Below, in pieces: positions 9,557-20,280 of a stretch of DNA of 55,682 nt. The notes under the pieces are model-generated. The model was not told where the DNA came from. It was given only the letters and a program-made list of their open reading frames with translations, and ran no database searches. This stretch comes from Nemertoderma westbladi (Eukaryota > Animalia > Xenacoelomorpha), in the NCBI GenBank assembly GCA_032718475.1, contig JAUCBJ010002121.1, positions 1 through 55,682 of the forward strand, written 5' to 3'. The translations under genes and the position numbers were made by a program. Numbering within the stretch: position 1 is the stretch's first letter; every line of letters begins with the position of its first letter.

Positions 9557-12500
9557 ATGACGACAAATAACGTATCCGATACCGACGAGATGGATCACCA
9601 CACAGACTCGGAAACCGACGAGGTACCGAACATCAAGAACATGGCTCGTCGACTAGGTGCTCTCAAAGGCGGAGTCACTCGAGCGTATCAACGTATAGAG
9701 AAACAACTCAAGGGAGTCGAAACCCCCCTCAACGAGATACAAACTCAGCTTCAGAGTATCCGAAGTATCTTACAAAGATATGAGAGAATGATACAGGCGT
9801 ACCAAGAACTCATCCCCGCCACCGACCAGGTAAATTATCCCAAATTGGAAGAACACGTTGCACGCCTAGACGAATTCCGCAAACAACACCGGAGGACCCT
9901 TAGCCTCGTGAGAGGCTACGAAGAACAGTACTACAAGAGAGCTGAAAGAACAGACGCAGAATCGGTGCGAACCTCCAACACCAGGACCACAATTCATCGA
10001 AAGAGAACGGGGTCCTCAAGACACCAGCGCTCCAGCGCTAGGAGCGAGATATCCGGTTCAGCGCGCAGTTCTCAAGGGGGGCCGCCACTCCAAGATCAGC
10101 TACGAGAACAGAAGGCATTAGCCCTTAAAGCCCGGATGGAAGATGAGTACGTTCAACTGCAAACCGAGCAAGATGTATTAGCCGCCGAAATGCAAAAACA
10201 AGAGGCCGAACAAGCGGCCAAACGGCAGGCTGAACAACGTGAACAGGAAGCTGAACAACATAGACGAGAGGCCCAACTGCAAGCCGAACAACGTGAACAG
10301 GAAGCTGAACAACGTAGAAAAGAGGCCCAACGGCAAGCCGAACAATGTGAACAGGAAGCCGAACAACGTAGAAAAGAGGCCCAACGGCAAGCCGAACAAC
10401 ATGAACAGGAAGCTGAACAATGGGGACGAGAGGCCCAACAAGAGATCGAACAACGCAAATGGGAAGCTGAAATGCGTAAACAACACGCCGAGGCCCAAGC
10501 GATTCTCATACACAAAAAGAATGCGGATATCGCGAAACTCGCGGAGTATGAAGCCGCACTTATAGAACGAGATATTCAACTCTACGAGGACTGGGAAAGG
10601 GATATAGATCAGGAATATGAACCAATCCCGGTACCGGAATTAGAGAAGTCATTTACACCAACAGCGGCGAAACTTCCGAAACCCGAGATCCCGCCTACCA
10701 TACAGTCTACGTTATCGGCACAAGCACCGGTGTTCCATCCCCCACCAGTTACGCTGAAAAATGAGGAACCGTGTTTCCCATCCAACCCCACGACAACGAG
10801 TGTACACAAGTACGAGCCTGAAAGGGACTCGGAACGGGATGCCACTCCCCGATCCAACAACCCATTTACATCCACACCACAAACCCGTAGTCGCGTCATC
10901 ATTAAAACTCCACCTATCATTGATCCATCGAGTATGGGAGTGAGTGCCAATAACTATAACCCTCCGAGTCACTCCAGTTCGGACGACGTCGGTATTATCC
11001 GGGCGTTGGAAAACCGCCTTGCCATGCCTAAGATGGAGATCCGCACCTTCGAAGGAGATCCCGTCGATTACCTCAGATTCAAGAAACGGTTCTTTGCGCA
11101 GATTGGATCAACGGACATAGCCGACGCACAGAAATTGGTATATTTATCGCAATACCTGGGTGACAAACCACGCAGAATTATTGCATGTTTTGAGAGAGGT
11201 TCTCATGAGGCATACTATGACGCATGGAAAACTCTAGATAAAAGATACGGAAATACCGGAACTATAATTAATAAAACTCTAGAGAGACTGATACAGGACG
11301 CGGGATCACTAGGGGACCCACAGAACATCCAGGAATTCTCTGACTCTATGAAGGATGCCTACTATACTCTGAAACCCTTAAATAAGGAGGACCAGGTGAA
11401 CAACATTCTAAACCTCCAACAGATCGCCCGGAAGTTCCCCGGATGGCTACAAAGTAAGTGGGCTTATAAATGCATAGATCTCCGGCGCAGACATCCAGAT
11501 CGAGATCCTAGCTTCCTTGAAATGTCGGCATTCCTGGACGATATCTCCGAAGCCATGAATGACTCGATGTTTTCAAAACAGAGTCTCGCCAAGTTGGACG
11601 GAATAGAGAGCAACTCCAGGAGTAAGATACCCCCTCCGAAACCGAGATTCCGCCCCCCACCGGTGAGTACGATGGCCATCACCATGGCCGAGGATTCCGA
11701 CGACGAAGACTACGAGGAACCGACATCCGCCGAGGAATGGGCGTGTTACCTTACAAATTGGGCACCCGAGAGGGAAGGCATCACAAACTCCCTCCTCTGT
11801 TTCTTCTGTGGAGAGAAACATAAAGTGGAATTCTGCAGGAAGTTTCAGTTCGCCGAACTCGTCCCACGCTTCGAGGCGATAATGAAACACCGAGGATGCT
11901 TCCGGTGTCTTGGAACAGGTCACTATGTTCGCGATTGCGACCAAAGATCGTGCTGTGCCGTCTGTAATGACCAACGTCATCACACGCTCCTCCACATCCC
12001 CGCGAACTTCGATTTCACTACCCTCCCCTTTCGGATCGAAGCCAAGCGAAGAGGAGAAACGAACCACGTTTTCAAAGGAACCCGGACAACCCAACGGAGA
12101 GAAACCAACCCGTTTAAAATCTCCACCGATACACCACAAGTAACAAATATTTCAGCCACGATTAATCTTATAAATCGCCGCTACATGGTCTTCGCAAAGG
12201 TAATCCCCGTAAGGATTCAAGGAGTCAGCAAATCCCTGACGACGCTCGCGTTCCTTGATAACGGGTCTGACGGAACCATCATCAACCGGGATTTACTCGA
12301 GCAACTCGGCCTAGAATATGAACCTTGTAAACGGCCCATACAAACCATCACCGATAACAGAGAGGTAGAGTCCGGGGAGGTGCAACTCCAGATGGAAGGA
12401 GTGATGAAGGGCTACGAAACGGTTAAGTTAACCATCAAGAACGCCTTGGTACACACAGACCTCCGAGTGCGGTTCCGACAATCGGCCGAGTACACCCCCC

Positions 12501-14359
12501 TCATACAATTGGACCGAGACGATGTAGATCTGAGGTGTCCGCAGTTGGACGTAAACCGCATCACCCTACTGATCGGACTTGATACACCGGAACTACACAT
12601 CCCCACCGGAGATATCGCCCGATCTATAAAACAGGATGACGGATTTTATGCTGAACGAACAATAATGGGATGGACACTCTGCGGCATTAAGGAAGAAACT
12701 ACTGACACCTATACCTACCTTCCCAAATGTCAGATTAAAGAGAATAAGACCTCCGTGGGTTATTGCTCAGCTACGGACCTTGACGAGGATTTGTTTCTGG
12801 AGACCGAGAAAACCCAACAAGAGATGACGAAATATTTTAATCTAGAGACCCAGGAGTTCGCTGAAAAGGACGAAAACCCGTCCGAAGAGGATCAATATTG
12901 TATGGACGTTCTCGACCAGGCCACGTTCAAAGACGGACACTGGTGTTCACCTATGTTATGGAAGGACCCAAACAAACCAATGGCAAACAACGCCAGCATG
13001 GCACTTAGGCGACTTAAGGGGATTATACGCCGGCTGAATGACCAACCCGAGATAAAGGAGAAATATAATACCGTAATCCAAGGATATCTCGACGATGGAT
13101 TAGCAGAAATGGTACCACGGAATGAACTGCAAGGTGGTAAAAGAACATATTATCTCCCAACCCACTATGTGGTAGAAGCCCGGAAGGGTGGGAAAATCCG
13201 AGTGGTAAATGATGCCGCCGCTATGTACCAGGGCGAATCCCTAAACAGTCAGCTTTACACGGGACCCAACATATATAGTACACTCATTGGCGTATTGATC
13301 AGGTTCAGGGAAAACCGGGTAGCATTCACCTGCGACATCAAGGCCATGTTTCATCAAGTTCGTACACTACCAAGAGACTCAGACTGTCTACATATCCTAT
13401 GGACGGATAAAACACTAACTCAACAGGAGATTAGTCAACTTACGATAAAGGACGTAGACATAATGCGTATGGTCGTCAGGATCTTCGGCGCTAAGGACTC
13501 GCCGGTAGCATGCAGTGACATGCTGAAGAGGACGGCAACTATGTGCGAAAACGAGTTCCCTCCAACCACCATAGAAACCATCCGACGATGCTTTTACGTG
13601 GACGATGGATGCGCCGGCGCAGATAATGTGGACGAGGCATATCAGCTAGCAATGGGGATGGTAGAATGTCTAAAGAAAGGAGGTTTTCCGCTCGTGAAGT
13701 TCAGATCCCACGACAAAACACTTATGGAAAAGTTTCCGGAGGACATCCGACTGGAAAATAACAAAATGTATTCGGAGGATGTGGAACACCGTGTACTCGG
13801 GATTGAATGGGACATAGAATCAGACGAATTCATTTTCAAATATAAACCCCTACCCAAGCCTATGACAAAAAGGGGATGTTTGTCGATAAAAAGCGCCATC
13901 TTCGACCCACTAAATTTCATATCTCCAGTAACCTTGGCCGGAATGAACCTGATTAAGGAAATGTGGATAGAAGGACTGGGATGGGACGAAGAACTCCCCC
14001 CACACCTCAGCGTCAAATGGAGAAAATGGACGGAGCAGCTCAAACACCTACATCTTATGCGGATACCTCGACCGTTCTTCCTCGATAAACTACCCACCGA
14101 TATCTTCCAGCTCCATACCTTCTCGGATGCTTCGAATACAGGAATTGGCGTAGTCACCTTCTTACGAAGACTCAGCAACGACGGAAACGGCGATACGAGC
14201 TTCTTATTTTCTAAAGCCAAGACAGTATCCGGGGAATTCGTAGCAACGATTCCAAGACTCGAGCTACAGGCTGCAGTTTGGGCAGTAAGACAGAATCGCA
14301 TGGTCATGCGGAACCTACGAATCCCCATCCTCAACACTTCTGGGTCGATTCGAGTATAG
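9557..14359 (+). CDS. gag-pol: Bel/Pao Gag-protease-RT-RNase H polyprotein (frameshifted near 14337)
   Basis: FEGDP..Y..F Gag motif; Bel-type Cys/His cluster (CFFCGEKH...CFRCLGTGHYVRDC...CAVCNDQRHHTLLH); protease LDNGS; RT DIKAMF and YVDD; RNase H FSDAS and TIPRLELQAA. Confidence 0.95.
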   Translation: MTTNNVSDTDEMDHHTDSETDEVPNIKNMARRLGALKGGVTRAYQRIEKQLKGVETPLNEIQTQLQSIRSILQRYERMIQAYQELIPATDQVNYPKLEEHVARLDEFRKQHRRTLSLVRGYEEQYYKRAERTDAESVRTSNTRTTIHRKRTGSSRHQRSSARSEISGSARSSQGGPPLQDQLREQKALALKARMEDEYVQLQTEQDVLAAEMQKQEAEQAAKRQAEQREQEAEQHRREAQLQAEQREQEAEQRRKEAQRQAEQCEQEAEQRRKEAQRQAEQHEQEAEQWGREAQQEIEQRKWEAEMRKQHAEAQAILIHKKNADIAKLAEYEAALIERDIQLYEDWERDIDQEYEPIPVPELEKSFTPTAAKLPKPEIPPTIQSTLSAQAPVFHPPPVTLKNEEPCFPSNPTTTSVHKYEPERDSERDATPRSNNPFTSTPQTRSRVIIKTPPIIDPSSMGVSANNYNPPSHSSSDDVGIIRALENRLAMPKMEIRTFEGDPVDYLRFKKRFFAQIGSTDIADAQKLVYLSQYLGDKPRRIIACFERGSHEAYYDAWKTLDKRYGNTGTIINKTLERLIQDAGSLGDPQNIQEFSDSMKDAYYTLKPLNKEDQVNNILNLQQIARKFPGWLQSKWAYKCIDLRRRHPDRDPSFLEMSAFLDDISEAMNDSMFSKQSLAKLDGIESNSRSKIPPPKPRFRPPPVSTMAITMAEDSDDEDYEEPTSAEEWACYLTNWAPEREGITNSLLCFFCGEKHKVEFCRKFQFAELVPRFEAIMKHRGCFRCLGTGHYVRDCDQRSCCAVCNDQRHHTLLHIPANFDFTTLPFRIEAKRRGETNHVFKGTRTTQRRETNPFKISTDTPQVTNISATINLINRRYMVFAKVIPVRIQGVSKSLTTLAFLDNGSDGTIINRDLLEQLGLEYEPCKRPIQTITDNREVESGEVQLQMEGVMKGYETVKLTIKNALVHTDLRVRFRQSAEYTPLIQLDRDDVDLRCPQLDVNRITLLIGLDTPELHIPTGDIARSIKQDDGFYAERTIMGWTLCGIKEETTDTYTYLPKCQIKENKTSVGYCSATDLDEDLFLETEKTQQEMTKYFNLETQEFAEKDENPSEEDQYCMDVLDQATFKDGHWCSPMLWKDPNKPMANNASMALRRLKGIIRRLNDQPEIKEKYNTVIQGYLDDGLAEMVPRNELQGGKRTYYLPTHYVVEARKGGKIRVVNDAAAMYQGESLNSQLYTGPNIYSTLIGVLIRFRENRVAFTCDIKAMFHQVRTLPRDSDCLHILWTDKTLTQQEISQLTIKDVDIMRMVVRIFGAKDSPVACSDMLKRTATMCENEFPPTTIETIRRCFYVDDGCAGADNVDEAYQLAMGMVECLKKGGFPLVKFRSHDKTLMEKFPEDIRLENNKMYSEDVEHRVLGIEWDIESDEFIFKYKPLPKPMTKRGCLSIKSAIFDPLNFISPVTLAGMNLIKEMWIEGLGWDEELPPHLSVKWRKWTEQLKHLHLMRIPRPFFLDKLPTDIFQLHTFSDASNTGIGVVTFLRRLSNDGNGDTSFLFSKAKTVSGEFVATIPRLELQAAVWAVRQNRMVMRNLRIPILNTSGSIRV

Positions 14360-16296
14360 TTCTCTATTATCTCCACTCTCCATCACGGCGTCACACTACG
14401 TTTGTTGCGAACCGAGCCACGGAGATTAAACAGTGTACCGCCCGAGAACAGTGGCACCACGTGAACGGGAAAGAAAATCCAGCGGACTTATCAAGCCGAG
14501 GTGCCACCCCAAAACAACTCGGTAAAAGCAAACTCTGGCTTACAGGCCCGGAATTCCTACAGCAGCCACAATTAACATGGAGTACCCGATTCGACCCCGA
14601 ACTCGATAGCGGAAAATACTCCGAGGACGACAAAGAGATCCGTAAAGTCCATAGAAGCAACGCAGTGGAAATTTATAGTTGTCTGACTGAGCCTGCAAAG
14701 GACTCGGGCATGCACTATAACGTTGCGATGATCATTCAACCAGCGGCGTCTTTACATCTGTTGATCGAGCGAACCTCATCAATGAGACGGCTCATCCACC
14801 ACATTATAACCCTTCGCAACTTCCTACGGTGGAAAGACAACAAGCCGATAGTTCAACGGAGTATACAAGAACTCATTATCGCGGAGAAGTGTATCGTTGG
14901 ATATGTCCAGAGAGAAAGTTTCCCCGATGAGTGGGAACTACTCAGTGCGGGCAAGACCTTGAAACCGGATAGCCCAGTCTACCAACTGAGACCAATGATG
15001 GGAGAGGACGGACTGATCCGACTGAATACCCGGATGGCAAACGCCCCGGTCGAATATGAGGTTAAATACCCGGCGCTTCTGCCCGGAACTTCAACACTAG
15101 CCAAGCTATTAATTCAACAATGTCACGAGGAGAACTATCACGCAGGACAAAACTGGATTATAGCTAATATAAGACAAAGATATTGGATCACACACATCCA
15201 GCCACTGATCCGGAAAGTGTTGAAACGTTGCTTTATCTGCAGAAGATATCTAGCGCCACCACTCACACAAAAGATGGCCGACTTACCAGCCACCCGTCTA
15301 CAGCCCGATTCCCCACCATTCTACGTCACCGGAGTGGACTGCTTCGGTCCGTTTACGGTCATCGAACGACGATCCAACATCAAATGCTGGGGGGCCATAT
15401 TTACGTGCCTTAGGTCTAGGGCAATCTACCTAGACATTGTGGTGAACCTTACGCAACACGCATTCATCAACGCTCTGCGTCGGTTCGTGGCAAGCAATGG
15501 GACATGTCGTCACATGTATTCCGATAATGGCACAAACTTTGTGGGAGGAGAAAGAGAACTTAGAGAGGCGATCGAGGGATGGTTTACCGATAACACCGCA
15601 TCCCAAGTCTGGAAGGAACACCAGATACAGTGGCACTTCCAGACCCCCTTAGCACCCCATACGAGCGGGGTATGGGAGAAACTGATCGACCTAGTGAAAC
15701 GATCCATGCGCGTCGCTCTAGGAGACACCCGGGTAACCCATGACACCCTCCGCACAACATTCTGCGAGATCATGGCTACCCTGAACAACCGACCCATTGT
15801 CCCTATCCGCGACGACCCCACAGACCTGGAGTCCCTTACTCCTAATCACCTACTGGGGAGACCTAAAACTCATGTTCTCCCAGAGATCATGTTTCCGGAT
15901 CCCAACGATATCGCGAGACATACAAATTGGAAGAAGGCCCAAGCGTTGGCAGCGCATTGGTGGAGAATCTGGGCCCAGGAGTACCTCATAACCCTCCGGA
16001 CCAGGAGGAAGTGGAACAACACCTACAGGAATGTCGAAGTTGGCGACATGGTACTAGTAAAAGAAGATCTTAAAGACCGCGTCCACTGGCCTGTGGCGCG
16101 AGTTGTGACAATACATCCGAGTAAAGACGGACTTGCCAGGACTGTGACGATACGAACGGCAAAGGGCCACTACCAACGCCCTATCCAGAGGCTGTGCCTT
16201 CTTGAAGGCAATGACAGCGGTGATTCTATGAGAGGTGATAAGTTCCCTACTCAAGATCCTGCTGCAGACATTGGTGACAATTACAAATGCGTTTAA
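14278..16296 (+). CDS. pol: Bel/Pao Pol C-terminal part: end of RNase H + integrase
   Basis: FWVDSS, FVANR, NPADLSSRG; HHCC zinc finger; GVDCFGP / SDNGTNF / GVWE DDE core; LTPNHLL; GPY/F-like C-terminus. Confidence 0.95.
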   Translation: MGSKTESHGHAEPTNPHPQHFWVDSSIVLYYLHSPSRRHTTFVANRATEIKQCTAREQWHHVNGKENPADLSSRGATPKQLGKSKLWLTGPEFLQQPQLTWSTRFDPELDSGKYSEDDKEIRKVHRSNAVEIYSCLTEPAKDSGMHYNVAMIIQPAASLHLLIERTSSMRRLIHHIITLRNFLRWKDNKPIVQRSIQELIIAEKCIVGYVQRESFPDEWELLSAGKTLKPDSPVYQLRPMMGEDGLIRLNTRMANAPVEYEVKYPALLPGTSTLAKLLIQQCHEENYHAGQNWIIANIRQRYWITHIQPLIRKVLKRCFICRRYLAPPLTQKMADLPATRLQPDSPPFYVTGVDCFGPFTVIERRSNIKCWGAIFTCLRSRAIYLDIVVNLTQHAFINALRRFVASNGTCRHMYSDNGTNFVGGERELREAIEGWFTDNTASQVWKEHQIQWHFQTPLAPHTSGVWEKLIDLVKRSMRVALGDTRVTHDTLRTTFCEIMATLNNRPIVPIRDDPTDLESLTPNHLLGRPKTHVLPEIMFPDPNDIARHTNWKKAQALAAHWWRIWAQEYLITLRTRRKWNNTYRNVEVGDMVLVKEDLKDRVHWPVARVVTIHPSKDGLARTVTIRTAKGHYQRPIQRLCLLEGNDSGDSMRGDKFPTQDPAADIGDNYKCV

Positions 16297-16569
16297 ACCC
16301 TTCTCATCATGTTGACAAACTCTTTAAACTGTGATTTATCGACAATGAAAATGGACCCCCCTTAAACCAACTGTAACCACGCAATGGTATTTGTGTTTCC
16401 TCGTGTGTTATGTGGAGTCCAGCGTCACCCTGCAGATGTTTCGACTGACGCAGGGTCGTTTATGTATTGTTTACCCTGATTTTGGTCATCGGGACCAACG
16501 ATATTGGATTATTGGAAATGGTAAAGATTTGAAGTGGAATTCATTGTATCCATTGTAGTATGTTATGTT

Positions 16570-16990
16570 GTCCGTTGCGTGCGCAGTTCGAGGCGTAGGC
16601 GGTGTAACTAGTCCAGCTGTAGATCCCGGATTGCCGCGCAACACCCCCTCTATCCCGTTATTCTGGTGGGTCCATGGTGCATCCACATGACTTCGACGAT
16701 AGAGGGTTTTATGTTTCTCAGTCGCATTATATTGGTGGGACCGTTGCGTGGATTTTGGGGCGTAGGCGGTGTAACTAGTCCAGCTGTAGATCCCAGAATG
16801 TTGCGTAACCCCATCCCACATGACTTCATCGACTGAGCTTTATGTTGTTGGGAGTGTTATTCTGGTGGGTCCCTGGTGCATCCACGTGACTTCACTTCCA
16901 GCGTCTTCATTGTCCGTTACGTGCGCAGTTTGGGGCGTAGGTGGTGTAACTAGCCCAGCTGTAGATCCCAGATTGCCGCGTAACACCCCT
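16570..16990 (+). repeat. Three imperfect direct repeats in the pol-ORF3 spacer
   Basis: ggcgtaggcggtgtaactagtccagctgtagatccc recurs at ~16592, ~16759 and ~16934. Confidence 0.8.
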
Positions 16991-17505
16991 TCCACGACAA
17001 AGATTTCCCAAAGAAGATGATTGAATGTAGTTAGAAATGATGAAAAGAATCAGACAACTCTACTATAAACCTGAATGGTGACGCGTATGATGATGAAAAT
17101 GTAATGATGCGCACCCTGGTGCTGCGCTTATAACAAATCCAATGATGATGTGGAAATAAACAAAATTGAGAATAAATGGTGGAACTAAATGCGTTGAAAT
17201 GTGTTGAAATAATTGAAATGAGATGAAATAATAATGAGAAATGAAAAAAAGACAAAAAAGGTATAAAATATAAAGAAAAGAATTGGAAAAAAGAAAAGGA
17301 CATAAAAAGTCATAAAAAACTGGTTGGATATTAATGTATAGTTATAGTAACTGTAAATGCTGAATGTATTAGCAATAAGATGATAGATGCCTATATAGCA
17401 ATGTTATTTAATAAACTGAACTGAATTATTCTGCAATCACTATAGTTTCAGACTTTCTGGACTTATAATTAACTGATCTAATTTGTAACGGATATAATCG
17501 TAAAT

Positions 17506-20106
17506 ATGGACCCAAATCGCCAAATTATCGGCGAATTACGTAACACGATAGATCTACTGGAATATTCGCAACCCGGATCCCCTGACTTTGATACAAATTG
17601 GAGCACCCTGCTAAATGAGAACGTGCGAGTCGTTAAATTCACTGGGCGAGAGGGACCGGATTCCCGGAACCTACGAGAGCTCCGGTTGGCCGATGCTAGT
17701 ACGAGACTGAAAAGAACTCAGAACGCAAAGGCAACCGGAGGGGACGATTCGTCGTTCTGGGAAACGTTCCGGCAAAGCGTCTACAAATCCCGATGTTTGA
17801 TCTACGACAACGAGGGAAACGCGACACCCACCTCGAAAGCGATTACGTTGGCAAGATGTCAAAGTTTCGTCGACGACAAGAGTACGTACCTCGCCCACTG
17901 GGGAAACCTGTCGGAGTGTACGGTGATGCTTCGAGAGGAACGTATATCGACCATCCAAAATCGCGACGACTACCAAGAAAAATACGGGGCGAAAGAATAC
18001 GGTCGATCCTTGGTCGTTGTCCTCGGAACCCTGGACGGTTTGGTATTGGTGTGTCGAATATTTCCGACACCCAGACAGGAAGTACAGGCAGCCGGAGCGA
18101 TCTGGTTGCTACCTCCGGAAATCCAAAAGATCCTCTTCGACTTCGACGTCACTAAAATCGGGTTGGATATAAAGGCGGACGTCCGGAACGACTACGCGAA
18201 CGCTCCTTCAGGAAGAAACCGATGAGACGACCTCAAAGTCCTTAGCCATTGCGTCGACACTCAAACGCTACTAGCCTGGTTACGATTCGCCGAGTTCATG
18301 CGAGGATTCCAAGAGGTGAGACCGACGAAATCCAGGATCGGCTACCTCGCTGTGCTAAACGGCGGCATCGACTTCAAACCTCAGAAATTCCGGGATTATA
18401 ATAAAATATATGGTGGATACCCGGGATTAGAAATAAAGAGCGAGCGAGAGGGTCGATGGAAGGACGTTGACCGGAAGTGGACGATACACCAAAGGTGGGA
18501 GAATCCCGATTGACGGAACTATATCTACGTCGTTATGGAGTGCTACACCGTCGCTAAGTTTATCTGTAAAACTCTCGATAACCTCATTACGGCGGTTCCT
18601 CTTTCCTTCGTCGACTACGACTGGAACGAGGTTATAAACCACGCATTCAAAGCGGTTGAGAACATCACACCGGGAGAGACGAAAACGCTCGCCGTTATCG
18701 ATTCCTGGGAAGAGAGCGGACCTTACGATATCCCTACGATTACCGATCTTCTCGGTGCGGAGGAGCCTCTGATTTCTTCGGAAGGGGAAGAAATATGGCT
18801 ACATGAGGGTGTTCTACTCTCCACCCCGAAGCGACAACTCGAGCCGGAGGCCGCTTACCAACCGGCAGCCAAACGGGTTGCCTCCTCCGAACCAACGACG
18901 GAAGTGGGCGTTTCCTCACCACTCGGCTTCGGTAGCCCTGCGAGGGAGTTGGTTACTACCTTCGCGTTAAACGACTTCGGCGATTCGCGCCAAAGGTTAT
19001 CCCCGTATCCTTTCCCGGGTGGCGAAGACTGGTCGTCGGAGATTCCGAGTACCAGCAATCAACAGACCCGCTCAGCGATATTGGTCGAGAAGGGCCCCAG
19101 CGCTGCGCCGACTCCCGACGATCTCCTCGGAATCCCTCTGTCGAAAACCCCGGCACCTCTTCACCGACCAGCGGTGGCTACTACACCCTCCATTCCTCAG
19201 GATCCTATGCGACTAACCCGTTGGTACGCCGAGCAAACCGAATGGATCCACCGCCAGAAACGGTCGTCCGAGTTGAGACCGACGGGACACAAAGAAGGTT
19301 ATCGGAGCGAAGAACTACTACGCCAAAGCCCAGCCTTCCGCGGGCTACCGACCACCGCGAATATTCAGAAGAGCGACCGACGACTCGAGTATTACGTCGG
19401 CGTCCCGATTCCGATATTCCCCGGTCGAGAGATGCAGTTGGAGGTGTGCGGTGACTGTGGTTCGGAGCAGTGCCCACGCGGTAGAAGGAATCGGGTTACC
19501 GATTCGTGCCTCCAGCTCCTCGGGATACTCTATTGCCCATACTGCGCGACATCGGGCCACGACGTTTCCGTCTGTCCGATCCTATATAACCTCTGCACCA
19601 CGTGCGGTTTCCGTGGACATTCCTCTAGCCCCCGCTGCTATATCAAATGTCCTACCAAAGACGTTACCGCTATGGGAAATATGGTCATGTTTGAAACATA
19701 CGCAAACAGCCACATAAAGACCAAGGTTCGGAGAAACGCTCGGAATATCGCGCAGGAGATGGCGTGCGGGTATTTCTCCTTCCCGGAACGCCTCCACACG
19801 ACGGCCACGCTGCCTTTCCATTACGTGGATCTGTTGCTGAGCGCCGGATTATTCGGCCCATTCGAAGTCATTAGACGCTTATACTCGTATAAAGAGGAGT
19901 TCGGTGACGGAAAGTAGTTCCTAGAGGCTCACAACTCCGAGTTGGAACGACGAACCGATATGATCCCGATGCCATCGAAAGGAAGAGCCGCCAGGAGACA
20001 AGCCGAAGCGTTGCTCACGATGGATGTTGACGCTCCTCTACCAGCTATAGCGATCGACGAGAGCCGACGGGCGAAGAGGCAAAAGGCGTATCAGAGAAAG
20101 AAATAG
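17506..20106 (+). pseudogene. Element 1 ORF3: DEDDy-like 3'-5' exonuclease + linker + CCHC zinc knuckles (866 codons, three in-frame stops)
   Basis: ORFs 17506, 18298 and 18535 share one frame, split only by TGA 18223, TGA 18511 and TAG 19915; motifs IYDNEG, LPPEIQKILFDFDVTKIGLDIKAD, CVDTQ, YVVME; CPYCATSGHDVSVC and CTTCGFRGHSSSPRC; basic tail. Confidence 0.8.
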
Positions 20107-20280
20107 TGGATCGGGATATTCCAGGAACATTTATTGAACATTTATTTTTATACATATATATATAAACTCTAGGCCAAATTAATCAAAACTATGCAATATT
20201 AAATTTGGGTTTTTTATATTGGGAATGACCTACGCAAACTCAATCTACCGATAGACCTCACGAAGGTCATTGGGGGGGAC

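Noticed and set aside
14330-14345. Programmed frameshift within pol
   Set aside because: Falls inside RNase H with no slippery heptamer; Bel/Pao gag-pol is normally one ORF, so a 1-bp deletion or sequencing error is likelier
17506-20106. ORF3 as an envelope gene
   Set aside because: No signal peptide or transmembrane anchor seen; motifs are nuclease and zinc-knuckle type
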